Positions 1 through 8,647 of a stretch of DNA of 39,061 nt are shown here, piece by piece. The notes under the pieces are model-generated. The model made no database searches. It was given only the letters and a program-made list of their open reading frames with translations, and had not been told where the DNA came from. Made by a program: the position numbers and the translations under genes. Position 1 is the first letter of the stretch. Each line of letters opens with the position of its first letter. Origin of the DNA: an uncultured Gammaproteobacteria bacterium (GTDB lineage: Bacteria > Patescibacteriota > Patescibacteriia > UBA9934 > GWF2-40-263); contig CAYHDY010000005.1 in the NCBI GenBank assembly GCA_964355525.1, positions 1-39,061 of the forward strand, given 5' to 3'.

Positions 1-315
1 AAGTGGAACGGTTCCTGTATTTTCATAATGAACGGCATACGAAACAGGAGAACCCGCATGAACATCTGTGGGTCCGTCGATTTTGACGGAGAGCGTGTCT
101 CGTTTTTGAAAGAGACCGTTCGAAAAAACAAAAAAACCAGTCCATGCGAGAGCAGAGAGGACGAACAAAAAGATAATGCCTTTGATTAAGAAGCGGTGAA
201 GTCCTGATTTTTTTCGTGCATTCATACGTGACATATCCGGAACCGTTCCGTCGCGTCCTTCATAGATGACACGCAGATCTTTTCGAATGTCTCGCAACGA
301 AGATTTTTTTTGCAT
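1..315 (-). CDS. Membrane-anchored hypothetical protein (5' part only, runs off the window)
   Basis: ATG at 315 just after the DUF4012 gene stop. Open frame MQKKSSLRDIRKDLRVIYEG... with a TM segment, then Ig-like VKIDGPTDVHAGSPVSYAVHYENTG. Not in the ORF track because it is truncated. Confidence 0.75.
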   Translation of the reverse strand, partial: MQKKSSLRDIRKDLRVIYEGRDGTVPDMSRMNARKKSGLHRFLIKGIIFLFVLSALAWTGFFVFSNGLFQKRDTLSVKIDGPTDVHAGSPVSYAVHYENTGTVPL

Positions 316-318
316 AGA

Positions 319-3063
319 TTATTTTTCTTCCAATAACATGCCTAGAAATCCATCTGTGTTATTTCCAAAATGGATTTGTGCGAGATCGGACGAACTCCAG
401 AGGGTGTGAAGAGAATCGGGAATATGCAGATTAACGATTGTCGTACGATCAATGACACCGGATTGTTTTTGAACGAGAAGGGAATACGTGTTCGTTTTTG
501 GAATACCGAGGAGTGATCGAATGGTTTCTGTGGTTGGATTTTGTGTGAGGAGATTTGAGAGATTAAAAGGAAGTGCATAGGTGAATTGAACGGTTGTTGT
601 TTCACCCGGCTTTGTTTGCGTCCAGTTTCCGAAAACGGTTTTTCCATTTTCTGTGTAGGTTTGCGTACCGCTCACCTGATCAATAGAGAAACTGTCGTCG
701 GCATATTGTAAATCCGGATCAACGATCCATGACGGATCCGGCGTTTCAAACAATTGCCCCGCAGGAATGATGAAACCGGATGAAGTTAAAAGTTTACTTC
801 CGTTTGGAACATACAATCGCAAATAGTTTACGTTGTGCTCTCCTGTAAACTCTTCTCCGAGAACACCCTTGTGTGTTCGTGTGATCGTTACCGTGTTTTC
901 GATGGTTCCTGCGGAGTTTATGTTTACATCAACGTTGATTTTTTCTTCCATGACTCCGTCTGTTTTTCCTCCGCCCAAATTTGTGTCGATAAGCATGAGA
1001 TAATCTTTGTCTGTCGCTTTAATCTCACCGCTCCATCCGCGTTCACGAATTGTGCGTTCCGTCGCGTCGTCATTGAAATACATCTGAATTTCTTTTTGTG
1101 CGAGTCCTGTTTGCACATGATTTGCGAGATCAAGAAATGTTTCGGGGGATTTGTGCAAAGCTTTTTCAATCAGTTTCGGCGCAAGATCTCCGATGAATGC
1201 TTTCGGTTTGTTTTCCGTTTTGTCGTATTCATTCTCGACGATTTTTTGTGTTTCCAAAAGAAAATTGTTTTGATCAATGATGCGTCCGTATTCCGGCATG
1301 TCGACCGGACCGAGCAGTCCGAGAAGATCTGTCACAAAATTTGCATTGATCGCGATGACTCCATCAACATCGGATCCGCCGGCGTCTTTGTAAAATTGAA
1401 TCATCTGTCGTGCGCTTGTTGGGAAATCCGGAAACCAGTTTGCATCTTGGAATTGCCATTTTGCAGAAAGAAGTTGCAATGGCCATGGAGAAACAAACGA
1501 TGTTCGAAGTTGTCCTTGCAAATCATACGTTCCGCCGCCCGGAACCGTGAGAGAATCCATGAGCCCGTTGTGCACCGACAGTTCTGCGAAGCTTCCCATG
1601 AATCCGCCGGTCGGTCGGATCTCCGTGTTGTTTTGAAAAATCAGGAGATAGCGTTTGGTTCCGTTTGTTCCCATGATGGATTGAACTGTGTCCGAGAGTG
1701 CAAGAAATTCTTTGGTGGAATCGACAAGCGTGGGAAGCGATGTTTGTAATTGTGTGAATGTTTGTCTGTTCGATTCATCAATCGCATTTGCATCCACGTC
1801 CAGCATCGCTTTTTGTGCGGCTTCAAGATGGGGAATCGCGGAGGTGAGATAGAGTGTCAACAATTGAACGCGCGAGGAAGGGGTCGGACTCAACTCTTGT
1901 TGCATGGCCGCGAGTCCGTCCGAGACGCGCGATCCGGCGATCGAGAGTTCTTCGCCGACCGTGAGAAGCGCCGCATTTGTTTTGTATGTTTTTTGTGTTG
2001 GGCCGAGTGTGGAAAGCAGAAGTTGCACGCCGCCGCCCAATTGTTTGATCGCTTGATCCGCTTGTCCGAATTGTTCGCTCGCGCGCGAGAAGGATGCTCC
2101 CGCCGCAGAAGGGTTCGTTACAAGATTCGCGCCCGCCGCCGCTTTCAAACTCGCAAGCGCTTGTTCGCCGTTCGACTGTGCACTCGTCTTTGCGCTGCGC
2201 AATTGATTCAATACTTGCATCGCATGAAGCGGAAGAACGAAAACGAATGACGCGAGTACAAACCCGCCGATCGCCCGTTGCCATCCAACTGGCATCTCAA
2301 CCGCAAAAGAAAATCGCGGCCATCGAAATGAACTCGTTCTCTCCCCTTTGGTAAGGGGGAGTAGGAGGGGGACGTCTTGTGTTTCATTTTGTGTCGAAGC
2401 AACGAGATCCGCCAATTCAAAAATTTCTTCTGTCTCTTCTTCCTGTGCCGATTCATCCTCGGGCAAATCAAAATACGACATCAGATTTTCTGGTGTGAGT
2501 TTTGGAATGAATGCATCAGCGGAAACGTGAATGTCATTGCGGGAAATGTGCAATGGAATGCTTTCAAGATGTTTGTGCGAACGCGACGGAAAAACATTGT
2601 GAAGTCGAGACGTCAAAAATCGCATCGTAGGGGAGGGTCGAGACCCTCCCGCAAACGAAACACCCAATTGTCGATTCACCTCGTCCGCCGAGAGAACAAG
2701 ATCGTTTGTTGTGTCGACAATGTGAGCTGGTTTATCGTTGGATGATTCAACAAAGTTGGTAAGAAAATTTAACGGTGCCGGTGTATACGAATCTTCCGCA
2801 ATCAATTGCTCCGGCATGGGAACGTTTGCACGCAGTTCAAGAACGAACGGTGACAGTTCGGATAGATGTGTTTGCTCGATGTGTGGGATTTGTAATTTCG
2901 GATGTCGTGAGATGAGTCCGAGAGATCGTACATCGTCCGGTAACGATTCATCATACAATCGCGTTGCACTGTTGATGGTTTTTCTTCGGCGAATGGCGTG
3001 CAAGATCGCGCGATCTCCGGCGGAGCCGGATCCGGCTCCGCCGGAAAAAGAAACACGAGCCAT
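319..3063 (-). CDS. DUF4012 domain-containing membrane protein
   Basis: YLLIFQNNTEIRPTGGFMGS and DANWFPDFPTSA motifs typical of DUF4012, with one TM helix. Start placed at ATG 3063 (GTG 3117 is an alternative) because the track ORF overlaps the GT gene. Confidence 0.85.
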   Translation of the reverse strand: MARVSFSGGAGSGSAGDRAILHAIRRRKTINSATRLYDESLPDDVRSLGLISRHPKLQIPHIEQTHLSELSPFVLELRANVPMPEQLIAEDSYTPAPLNFLTNFVESSNDKPAHIVDTTNDLVLSADEVNRQLGVSFAGGSRPSPTMRFLTSRLHNVFPSRSHKHLESIPLHISRNDIHVSADAFIPKLTPENLMSYFDLPEDESAQEEETEEIFELADLVASTQNETQDVPLLLPLTKGERTSSFRWPRFSFAVEMPVGWQRAIGGFVLASFVFVLPLHAMQVLNQLRSAKTSAQSNGEQALASLKAAAGANLVTNPSAAGASFSRASEQFGQADQAIKQLGGGVQLLLSTLGPTQKTYKTNAALLTVGEELSIAGSRVSDGLAAMQQELSPTPSSRVQLLTLYLTSAIPHLEAAQKAMLDVDANAIDESNRQTFTQLQTSLPTLVDSTKEFLALSDTVQSIMGTNGTKRYLLIFQNNTEIRPTGGFMGSFAELSVHNGLMDSLTVPGGGTYDLQGQLRTSFVSPWPLQLLSAKWQFQDANWFPDFPTSARQMIQFYKDAGGSDVDGVIAINANFVTDLLGLLGPVDMPEYGRIIDQNNFLLETQKIVENEYDKTENKPKAFIGDLAPKLIEKALHKSPETFLDLANHVQTGLAQKEIQMYFNDDATERTIRERGWSGEIKATDKDYLMLIDTNLGGGKTDGVMEEKINVDVNINSAGTIENTVTITRTHKGVLGEEFTGEHNVNYLRLYVPNGSKLLTSSGFIIPAGQLFETPDPSWIVDPDLQYADDSFSIDQVSGTQTYTENGKTVFGNWTQTKPGETTTVQFTYALPFNLSNLLTQNPTTETIRSLLGIPKTNTYSLLVQKQSGVIDRTTIVNLHIPDSLHTLWSSSDLAQIHFGNNTDGFLGMLLEEK

Positions 3064-3097
3064 ATTCTTTTTTGGCTTTGCATTTCCGTCCGTGATT

Positions 3098-4303
3098 TTA
3101 AGCGGATTTTTTTCCACACGTTTCGTAAAGGGCGATGATTTTGATCGCCATGGTTTTCCAAGAAAATTGTTTGATGTGTTGTGTTCCTCGTTCGATGAGT
3201 ACTGCGCGTTTTTCGGATGAGACCAATAGGTCGGATACGACCGATGCGATCCGTTGCGAATCATTCGGGTCAAAGAAAGCGGCTGCATTGCCAAGAATTT
3301 CTTTGAGCGATGGAATGTCCGACGCGGCAACCGCCACACCGACCGACATTGCCTCAAGCGGCGGAAGCCCGAAGCCTTCGACTCGTGACGGAAAGACAAA
3401 CAGAGTTGCTTCGCGATAAAGTCCCGCAAGTTGTTCATCCGTCGGATTCGGAACGAACGTGATTCCCTCGTAATAGGCGGGGTCCCTTGATCCCGTCACG
3501 CCAGACCCCGCACGCGATTGCAACAATCGTTTGTAAAAAATCGATTCACCACCCGCAAGAATCAACTGCGCATTCGGATGTGTCTTTCGAATGATCGCGA
3601 ACGCTTCGAGTAACCGTTCCAAATTTTTATGCGGATACGCGTTGCCGACATATAAAAGGTTCCGGGCTGCATCCTCCCCCGGCCCCTCCTTTGCAGGAGG
3701 GGAGAAGTAAATTCCGCTCTCCTCCCCTGCAAAGGGGAGGCCGGGAGGGGTCTCGAGTCGAGTCACTCCCTCGTAAATCATTTCAATTTTATTTCTCGGA
3801 ACATCCGGAAAAAACTTGATGATCGCATCTTCGGTCGCGTGAGACACTGCGACGATTTTCTTCGATCTACGAATCGCATGGGACAAAACGATTTTATAGC
3901 CGACGTACTTGAGAAAAAAGATAAACGGGTTTCGTGTTGTGACTTTCGACGATCGTGGTTCTTCGAGCAAGATCAAATCGTGAATGGTCACGACAAACGG
4001 CGTCTTCATCAACACGGGAACGTTCCAATGCGGGAAGTGAACGAGATCAAGTTGCTCGCGATCGACAATGCCACCGAACTTCATCTGCTCTCCAAGTGTG
4101 TACCAATGAATATCTGCGAGTCGCTTTTCGAAATGCGGATTGACGATGCGACACGCGTCGAAGTTTTCTTTTTTGAGGAACAAAACATAGCGGTTCTCGG
4201 TGTCGTTTGCTTGCAACTCCGTCACAAGCTGTTCAACATATCGTCCAAGACCGCCCCCACCCACCGTCGGGCCAAACATCCGTGCATCGATTCCGATTTT
4301 CAT
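3098..4303 (-). CDS. Glycosyltransferase family 4 (GT-B)
   Basis: MKIGIDAR N-terminus, VVTIHDL, YVGNAYPHKN, EGFGLPPLEAM. Confidence 0.95.
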   Translation of the reverse strand: MKIGIDARMFGPTVGGGGLGRYVEQLVTELQANDTENRYVLFLKKENFDACRIVNPHFEKRLADIHWYTLGEQMKFGGIVDREQLDLVHFPHWNVPVLMKTPFVVTIHDLILLEEPRSSKVTTRNPFIFFLKYVGYKIVLSHAIRRSKKIVAVSHATEDAIIKFFPDVPRNKIEMIYEGVTRLETPPGLPFAGEESGIYFSPPAKEGPGEDAARNLLYVGNAYPHKNLERLLEAFAIIRKTHPNAQLILAGGESIFYKRLLQSRAGSGVTGSRDPAYYEGITFVPNPTDEQLAGLYREATLFVFPSRVEGFGLPPLEAMSVGVAVAASDIPSLKEILGNAAAFFDPNDSQRIASVVSDLLVSSEKRAVLIERGTQHIKQFSWKTMAIKIIALYETCGKKSA

Positions 4304-4350
4304 GGGTCAATTATAACAAACGAAAAAGAAAGTAGGAAGCTTTTTACTGC

Positions 4351-4411
4351 GTCATCCTGAGCGAAGGCTACTGATCGGTCACAGCCGAAGCCGAAGGATC
4401 TTCGTTCGAGC
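4351..4411. repeat. REP-like element (GTCATCCTGAGCGAAG...CGAAGGATCT type)
   Basis: gtcatcctgagcgaagg...gccgaaggatct with an internal insert, in intergenic DNA. Confidence 0.5.
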
Positions 4412-4434
4412 GCGAACAGTTATTTTCGAGCCTG

Positions 4435-4500
4435 TAAAAAATAAAAACACACCCGCACGACAGGAGAACACGGATGTGTTTCTGTCGCGCATGGGTGCGT
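4435..4500 (-). terminator. Long hairpin plus U-tract closing the small-gene array
   Basis: caccc/gggtg, cgacag/ctgtcg and aacac/gtgtt stems, followed on the minus strand by tttttattttt. Confidence 0.65.
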
Positions 4501-4514
4501 GAGGACTTCTTCTG

Positions 4515-4781
4515 CTAGAGCGAACTCCAGACCACGAACGACAAGCGTTCGGGGCGCGTTTTCTTGCACTGGCCGGCATTCGGACGCGGCGCTTCGCACA
4601 CATCCGTCGTGTAGTCGTGGACGGGCATGCTCAACTCCTCCCCCAGCTTTTGCATGTCTTGCATCATCTCGAGGTGCATCTGCGCCCGATCGAGATATCG
4701 ATCTCCTCGGCGCAGTTCTAGGAATTGTGTCGCAAGGAATGCAACGAGTGCCATCGCAATGAGCGATACGGGAACTTTCAT
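4515..4781 (-). CDS. Hypothetical protein with N-terminal TM/signal (array gene 11)
   Basis: 88 aa, GGAGG SD at 4786-4790, GC3-rich codons. Confidence 0.7.
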   Translation of the reverse strand: MKVPVSLIAMALVAFLATQFLELRRGDRYLDRAQMHLEMMQDMQKLGEELSMPVHDYTTDVCEAPRPNAGQCKKTRPERLSFVVWSSL

Positions 4782-4974
4782 GAGGCCTCCAATGTTTCGA
4801 GTTCTATTCCATCAAACGCTATTTGCGCAGACAGTTCTGTCGATTGTTCAAATTTCGAATCACCAACGCTCGATTCAATCAAACGTCTGTGAAAAGGCCC
4901 GAACGATTTTTGATCATTATTCCGGCAGTTCCGGACATGGATCGCAATCGCTCAGGCAGTTGTCGAAAGGACGT

Positions 4975-5556
4975 CTACTTCTTCGGAGCCCAGCAAAACG
5001 CTCGGGTGTACACGTCGCAATCGACTTCGTACTCGGTCGTCTGGCTTCGGTTGAGCTTCATGACGCAAAGCAACGGTTCCTTGCTGTCACCGATGAACAT
5101 TGCGCAGACTTCGCGGAAGGCCCTGCCGCCTATGTTCCAAACGAGCGGGACACACTTCTCGCTTACCAGATCCGGCAGTTTACGGTCGATGTTTTCCTGT
5201 ACCGCCGTCGCCGTCGTATCTTCCTCGAGTTCGAGGTCGAATTCCTCCGGCTTGTTGTCGGCTGCCGTCGGTGTCGAGTCTTCTTCGAGATCGAGATCGA
5301 TCTCTTCCTTGCCGTTGATCAGTCTGAGTGGCACGTCTTCTTCGGTCGTGTTCGTCACCGCAGGCACCAGCGGCTCCGGGTGGTTCGCATAGATGGTCAC
5401 CTTCACGGGCGGCGGAACGTACCTGATCACCGCCTCAGTCGCGCTCTTGTCGGTTTCGTCTTGCGGCAAGGGCGGAATCACGCCTCGTCCGCACGCCGAG
5501 ATGCCGAACGCCAGGACGAGAACAGCGATTACGAAACGGGAAAAGTTGAACTGCAT
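4975..5556 (-). CDS. Putative lipoprotein with acidic tandem repeat and Cys-containing C-terminus (array gene 10)
   Basis: Signal peptide ending in the ISAC lipobox; GGAGG at 5562-5566. Confidence 0.8.
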   Translation of the reverse strand: MQFNFSRFVIAVLVLAFGISACGRGVIPPLPQDETDKSATEAVIRYVPPPVKVTIYANHPEPLVPAVTNTTEEDVPLRLINGKEEIDLDLEEDSTPTAADNKPEEFDLELEEDTTATAVQENIDRKLPDLVSEKCVPLVWNIGGRAFREVCAMFIGDSKEPLLCVMKLNRSQTTEYEVDCDVYTRAFCWAPKK

Positions 5557-5620
5557 GATTGCCTCCTTGAATGTTGGCCGAGGTGCCCCTCGACGTCGAG
5601 CGTGATTGCCGACGATTTTC
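5554..5620 (-). repeat. Array intergenic repeat A, copy 1
   Basis: gttggccgaggtgcccctcgacgtcgagcgtgattgccgacgattt, shared with copies at about 6722 and 8663. Confidence 0.95.
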
Positions 5621-5677
5621 TAACACGATTTCGTCCACCGCAACCCTGCGATGTTCGAACTTCTTCACCTTGCAAAA

Positions 5678-5809
5678 CTAGTACATGATCGCCTTCGCGC
5701 CGGTCTTGTAATTCCACGCGCGGGTATCGCCAACGCAGCGACACCAACCCGTGTATCCGCGACCTTCGGGATCCACTTGGTACTCGAATTTTCCTAGTTG
5801 TTGCCACAT
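5678..5809 (-). CDS. Small hypothetical protein, 43 aa (array gene 9)
   Basis: MWQQLGKFEY... preceded by a GGAGGG SD. The upstream part of the track ORF is the B3 repeat. Confidence 0.6.
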   Translation of the reverse strand: MWQQLGKFEYQVDPEGRGYTGWCRCVGDTRAWNYKTGAKAIMY

Positions 5810-5855
5810 GCTGCCCTCCGTTCTGAACTTGAGTCTTCGATCAAGAGAGTTGATC

Positions 5856-5924
5856 GATTCCTCGAGTAAAGGCTCGACACGATCCGGAATTTCCGAAGCG
5901 TGTCGAGCAAGTTTGGAAAGGAAC
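5856..5924 (-). repeat. Array intergenic repeat B, diverged short copy (B3)
   Basis: gattcctc..taaagg, then the gctcgacacg/cgtgtcgagc hairpin, then agtttggaaaggaac. Colinear with B1/B2 but lacks the second hairpin. Confidence 0.7.
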
Positions 5925-5930
5925 TGCGGA

Positions 5931-6212
5931 CTAGAGCGAGATCGTGTTGCCACTGTGGCCGTGCATCATGACCATGACCATCGCCCCGTTTTTCAGCGTG
6001 AGGCCGCCGAGTGCACGAACGATGGCTCGAGCTTCACGACCAGCATCGTCGGTCGGTTGATGGCTCGTGATCGCGATGCTGTACGGATAGTTCAGCTCAC
6101 TCTTGAGTCGACGTTTGACCTCGTCCTCATCTATGGACGTCCGGACGATGTCGATCGCTGCCACCTTGAGTTCCGCGTCCGTCATGTCATGAAAGGTCTT
6201 GCCTGCATTCAT
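5931..6212 (-). CDS. Hypothetical protein, 93 aa (array gene 8)
   Basis: GAGGA SD at about 6218-6222; GC3-rich. Confidence 0.7.
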   Translation of the reverse strand: MNAGKTFHDMTDAELKVAAIDIVRTSIDEDEVKRRLKSELNYPYSIAITSHQPTDDAGREARAIVRALGGLTLKNGAMVMVMMHGHSGNTISL

Positions 6213-6287
6213 GATTTTCCTCTTCTTGCTCCACTTTGTGAGTCGAGCGTTCGCACGTTCATTTTAAGAATCGGTTGCGATGTACGT

Positions 6288-6707
6288 TCAGCTGCGGCGC
6301 TTGCTCCGGCATTTGTCGATCAACCGTTCGATGGTGGGTCCGAAGGTTTCCTCCATCATATTGTCGAATCGACGTTGCAGAACTTCCAAGGTGTCCAACG
6401 CACTGGGTTCGGAACGCCGCACGACGAGCCATGCACTGAACAGGCCGACGAGTGACAGCAGAGTGTCCTCGTTGCCAGCACCGTCTATGGCGAACAGCAC
6501 GACGACGCCGGTGAAACCGATGATCAACGCAAGTGCGACGAAGCCGATGATGATAGTGGCGACGTTTTCGATTCGCGATATCGCCGGCGGTCGTTTCATG
6601 AGGAGAGATTCCTTCAGCCCCTCCAAGCAGACAGCTGCTATCATGCCGACTACTTGGCCGACTGCGATCACACAAACATAGAACTGCAAAAAGGTGGGGA
6701 ACTGCAT
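6288..6707 (-). CDS. Hypothetical membrane protein, about 3 TM (array gene 7)
   Basis: Three hydrophobic segments; GGAGA SD within repeat A2. Confidence 0.75.
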   Translation of the reverse strand: MQFPTFLQFYVCVIAVGQVVGMIAAVCLEGLKESLLMKRPPAISRIENVATIIIGFVALALIIGFTGVVVLFAIDGAGNEDTLLSLVGLFSAWLVVRRSEPSALDTLEVLQRRFDNMMEETFGPTIERLIDKCRSKRRS

Positions 6708-6770
6708 GGTTGTCTCCGTGGGTTGGCGCGAGGTGCCCCTCGACGTCGAGCGTGATTGCCGACGATTTCT
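6699..6770 (-). repeat. Array intergenic repeat A, copy 2
   Basis: Core nearly identical to A1. Similarity extends into the first three codons (ATG CAG TTC). Confidence 0.95.
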
Positions 6771-6801
6771 GAATGTTCACGCGACACACATGGCCGCGTG
6801 A

Positions 6802-7197
6802 TTACGAATCGAGCAGAAACTTTTTCGCATCCGTCGCGGTCATCACTTCGAACGTGACTTCCGACCACATGCGTGTCGGTGGCGGATTCGGTTTGTAGAA
6901 ATCGACCAAGATCTTGCGACCGCAGCCGATGATGAAGTGTGCGTTCTTCGCGACTGTCTCGGCGTCTTCCTTGCGGAGCGTCGACATGACCACGATGAAC
7001 AGTTCGTCCGGATCGATCTCCGTGGCGATGCGTTCGATATCGGTGGCGTACAAATCGCCATGACCAATCCGCTCGCCGCACTTATTGTACCAATACGCAT
7101 TCGTCGCGACCGCCGCGCCGAATGAGAACTGGCCGGACTTGATTCCGAAGGCGGGCGAAGTTCCTTGCACATCGAACATGTTTCGAGTCAATTGCAT
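6802..7197 (-). CDS. Hypothetical protein, 131 aa (array gene 6)
   Basis: GGAGG SD at 7204-7208; contains a WYNKCGERIGHGDL segment. Confidence 0.8.
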   Translation of the reverse strand: MQLTRNMFDVQGTSPAFGIKSGQFSFGAAVATNAYWYNKCGERIGHGDLYATDIERIATEIDPDELFIVVMSTLRKEDAETVAKNAHFIIGCGRKILVDFYKPNPPPTRMWSEVTFEVMTATDAKKFLLDS

Positions 7198-7210
7198 CTT
7201 TCGCCTCCAG

Positions 7211-7371
7211 TTGATTCCTCAATCCATCCGCAACGTAAATCGTCACGAAGGTAATAAAGGGCTCAACGCATCCGGGACCATCCCAGAGTCGTTGAGCAGG
7301 CCAGGCAGTTGCCGCGGAGATGTTTTACGTCTCCGCGGCTGTTGCCTGGCGAGTTTGAGAAAGAATTTTCG
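7211..7371 (-). repeat. Array intergenic repeat B, copy 1 (161 bp, two hairpins)
   Basis: Near-identical to 8129-8289; hairpins at 7261-7297 and 7300-7350. Confidence 0.97.
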
Positions 7372-7375
7372 AAGA

Positions 7376-7702
7376 TCAATCGTCCCACTTGCCGAGGCAG
7401 GCGTCGCGGATGCTGGCGTTCAGCTCGTCCGTCAGAGCCTGATCGATTCGTTCGTAGTTGAACACGACCGCGACCGCCCACTTCTCGTTTCGGATTTGCG
7501 GCTTGATGATCAAGATGCGCCGAAACTTTTTGGCCTGCGGGGTCCACTCGAATCGATCTTGCTCACGCAAGGCGATGATGATTGGAACTTCGCATTCCGC
7601 CATGTCCCGATCTTGCACTCCGTACTGCTTGCAGAACCGGCGCAGCGTGTGGAGCGCGAGTTCAACCAGTTCCACAGGAATCAGTTTTTTCACGTCGTTC
7701 AT
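7376..7702 (-). CDS. Hypothetical protein, 108 aa (array gene 5)
   Basis: Start MNDVKKL with a GAGGA SD at 7711-7715; the longer track start overlaps the next gene. Confidence 0.7.
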   Translation of the reverse strand: MNDVKKLIPVELVELALHTLRRFCKQYGVQDRDMAECEVPIIIALREQDRFEWTPQAKKFRRILIIKPQIRNEKWAVAVVFNYERIDQALTDELNASIRDACLGKWDD

Positions 7703-7710
7703 GGTTTTTT

Positions 7711-7758
7711 TCCTCGTGTCCCGCGTCATACGCCGGACGAATGTGTTGTTGTTCGAAC
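7711..7758 (-). repeat. Array intergenic repeat C, copy 1
   Basis: tcctcg..cccgcgtcatacgccgg..ttgttgttcgaac matches 9136-9177. Confidence 0.75.
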
Positions 7759-8114
7759 TAGATGAGTGGCAGGCTCTGGATTCGCGGGTCGTCTTTGTTG
7801 TACAGCCCTTCGTCCGCGACGAGAACGGTTTCTTTTCCGTCCGCATCGATTCCGAAGAACGTGCAATCCTCGTGTCCGATGCGAACGCGGAATCGACGCT
7901 CATAGGTGAATTCCGAGCTGAGCATCGTCTTGCCGCAAAAATCGCGGTAACCAACTCGACACGCGCGGCCGAGCATCACGTTGTTCAGAACCGCCTGCTT
8001 CTTCCATCCGAAGAACAGAAGCCACAGCAAATTCCACCAACGCGTCGGCGCCGCAGTCTTGTCACCTTTGACGAGCTCACCATTCTCGATTTCTTTGTCG
8101 AACTTCTTCCACAT
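7758..8114 (-). CDS. Hypothetical protein, 118 aa (array gene 4)
   Basis: GAGGTG SD upstream; Trp-rich hydrophobic patch. Confidence 0.75.
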   Translation of the reverse strand: MWKKFDKEIENGELVKGDKTAAPTRWWNLLWLLFFGWKKQAVLNNVMLGRACRVGYRDFCGKTMLSSEFTYERRFRVRIGHEDCTFFGIDADGKETVLVADEGLYNKDDPRIQSLPLI

Positions 8115-8128
8115 GCCTCACCTCGATA

Positions 8129-8289
8129 TTGAATCCTCAATCCATCCGCAACGTCATTCGTCGCGAAGGTAATAAAGGGCTCAACGCATCCGGGACCATC
8201 CCAGAGTTGTTGAGCAGGCCAGGCAGTTGCCGCGGAGGTTTTTTACGTCTCCGCGGCTGTTGCCTGGCGAGTTTGAGAAAGAACTTTCG
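8129..8289 (-). repeat. Array intergenic repeat B, copy 2
   Basis: 161 bp, only a few substitutions relative to 7211-7371. Confidence 0.97.
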
Positions 8290-8296
8290 GCCGAAC

Positions 8297-8647
8297 CTAC
8301 TTGATGATCACGATGTGCGGAGTCGCCTTCGGAAGGTCTTCCTTGCTGATCGTGATCACTGCATTACCGCTCACGACCTGTCGGATCGTCATGCTGCTGT
8401 CTTTGTGCTGTGTGCAGAAGAACGCAAGGCCACCGAAAGTGCACGGCATGGTCGGATCCATGTTATCGTGCAGAGCCAATCGCTCCTCGCACATCTTCCG
8501 CGCGACGTGCGCGCTCCAGGACGGTTTGTTCCAGTTCTGGTCAGTCACCGCACTGCAGGTTGTCGCCACTTGCTTCTGTCGTTCCTTGTTGACCGAACAA
8601 CCGACGAAGCAAGAAGCTAGAACGATGAGGATGAGAATGTAGCGCAT
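8297..8647 (-). CDS. Putative Cys-containing lipoprotein, 116 aa (array gene 3)
   Basis: Signal peptide with the FVGC lipobox; GGAGG SD at 8653-8657. Confidence 0.8.
   Translation of the reverse strand: MRYILILIVLASCFVGCSVNKERQKQVATTCSAVTDQNWNKPSWSAHVARKMCEERLALHDNMDPTMPCTFGGLAFFCTQHKDSSMTIRQVVSGNAVITISKEDLPKATPHIVIIK

Noticed and set aside
3064-3438. N-terminal extension of the 1039-aa ORF
   Set aside because: It overlaps the conserved GT4 C-terminus in another frame; the real start is near 3063-3117.
4627-5688. 353-aa plus-strand ORF (also 5751-6455, 7085-7765, 7458-8132)
   Set aside because: These are antisense shadows of GC3-rich minus-strand genes, which have the SDs, signal peptides and promoter.
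6708-6789. Repeated peptide ITLDVEGHL in several track ORFs
   Set aside because: This is only a translation of non-coding repeat A; the ORFs have no shared starts or lengths.
7261-7297. Canonical integron attC site (GCTCAAC...GTTGAGC fits RYYYAAC/GTTRRRY)
   Set aside because: It is only 37 bp, shorter than known attC sites, with no L boxes or extrahelical bases evident. The diverged copy has GAC/GTC instead of AAC/GTT, and there is no intI in the window.
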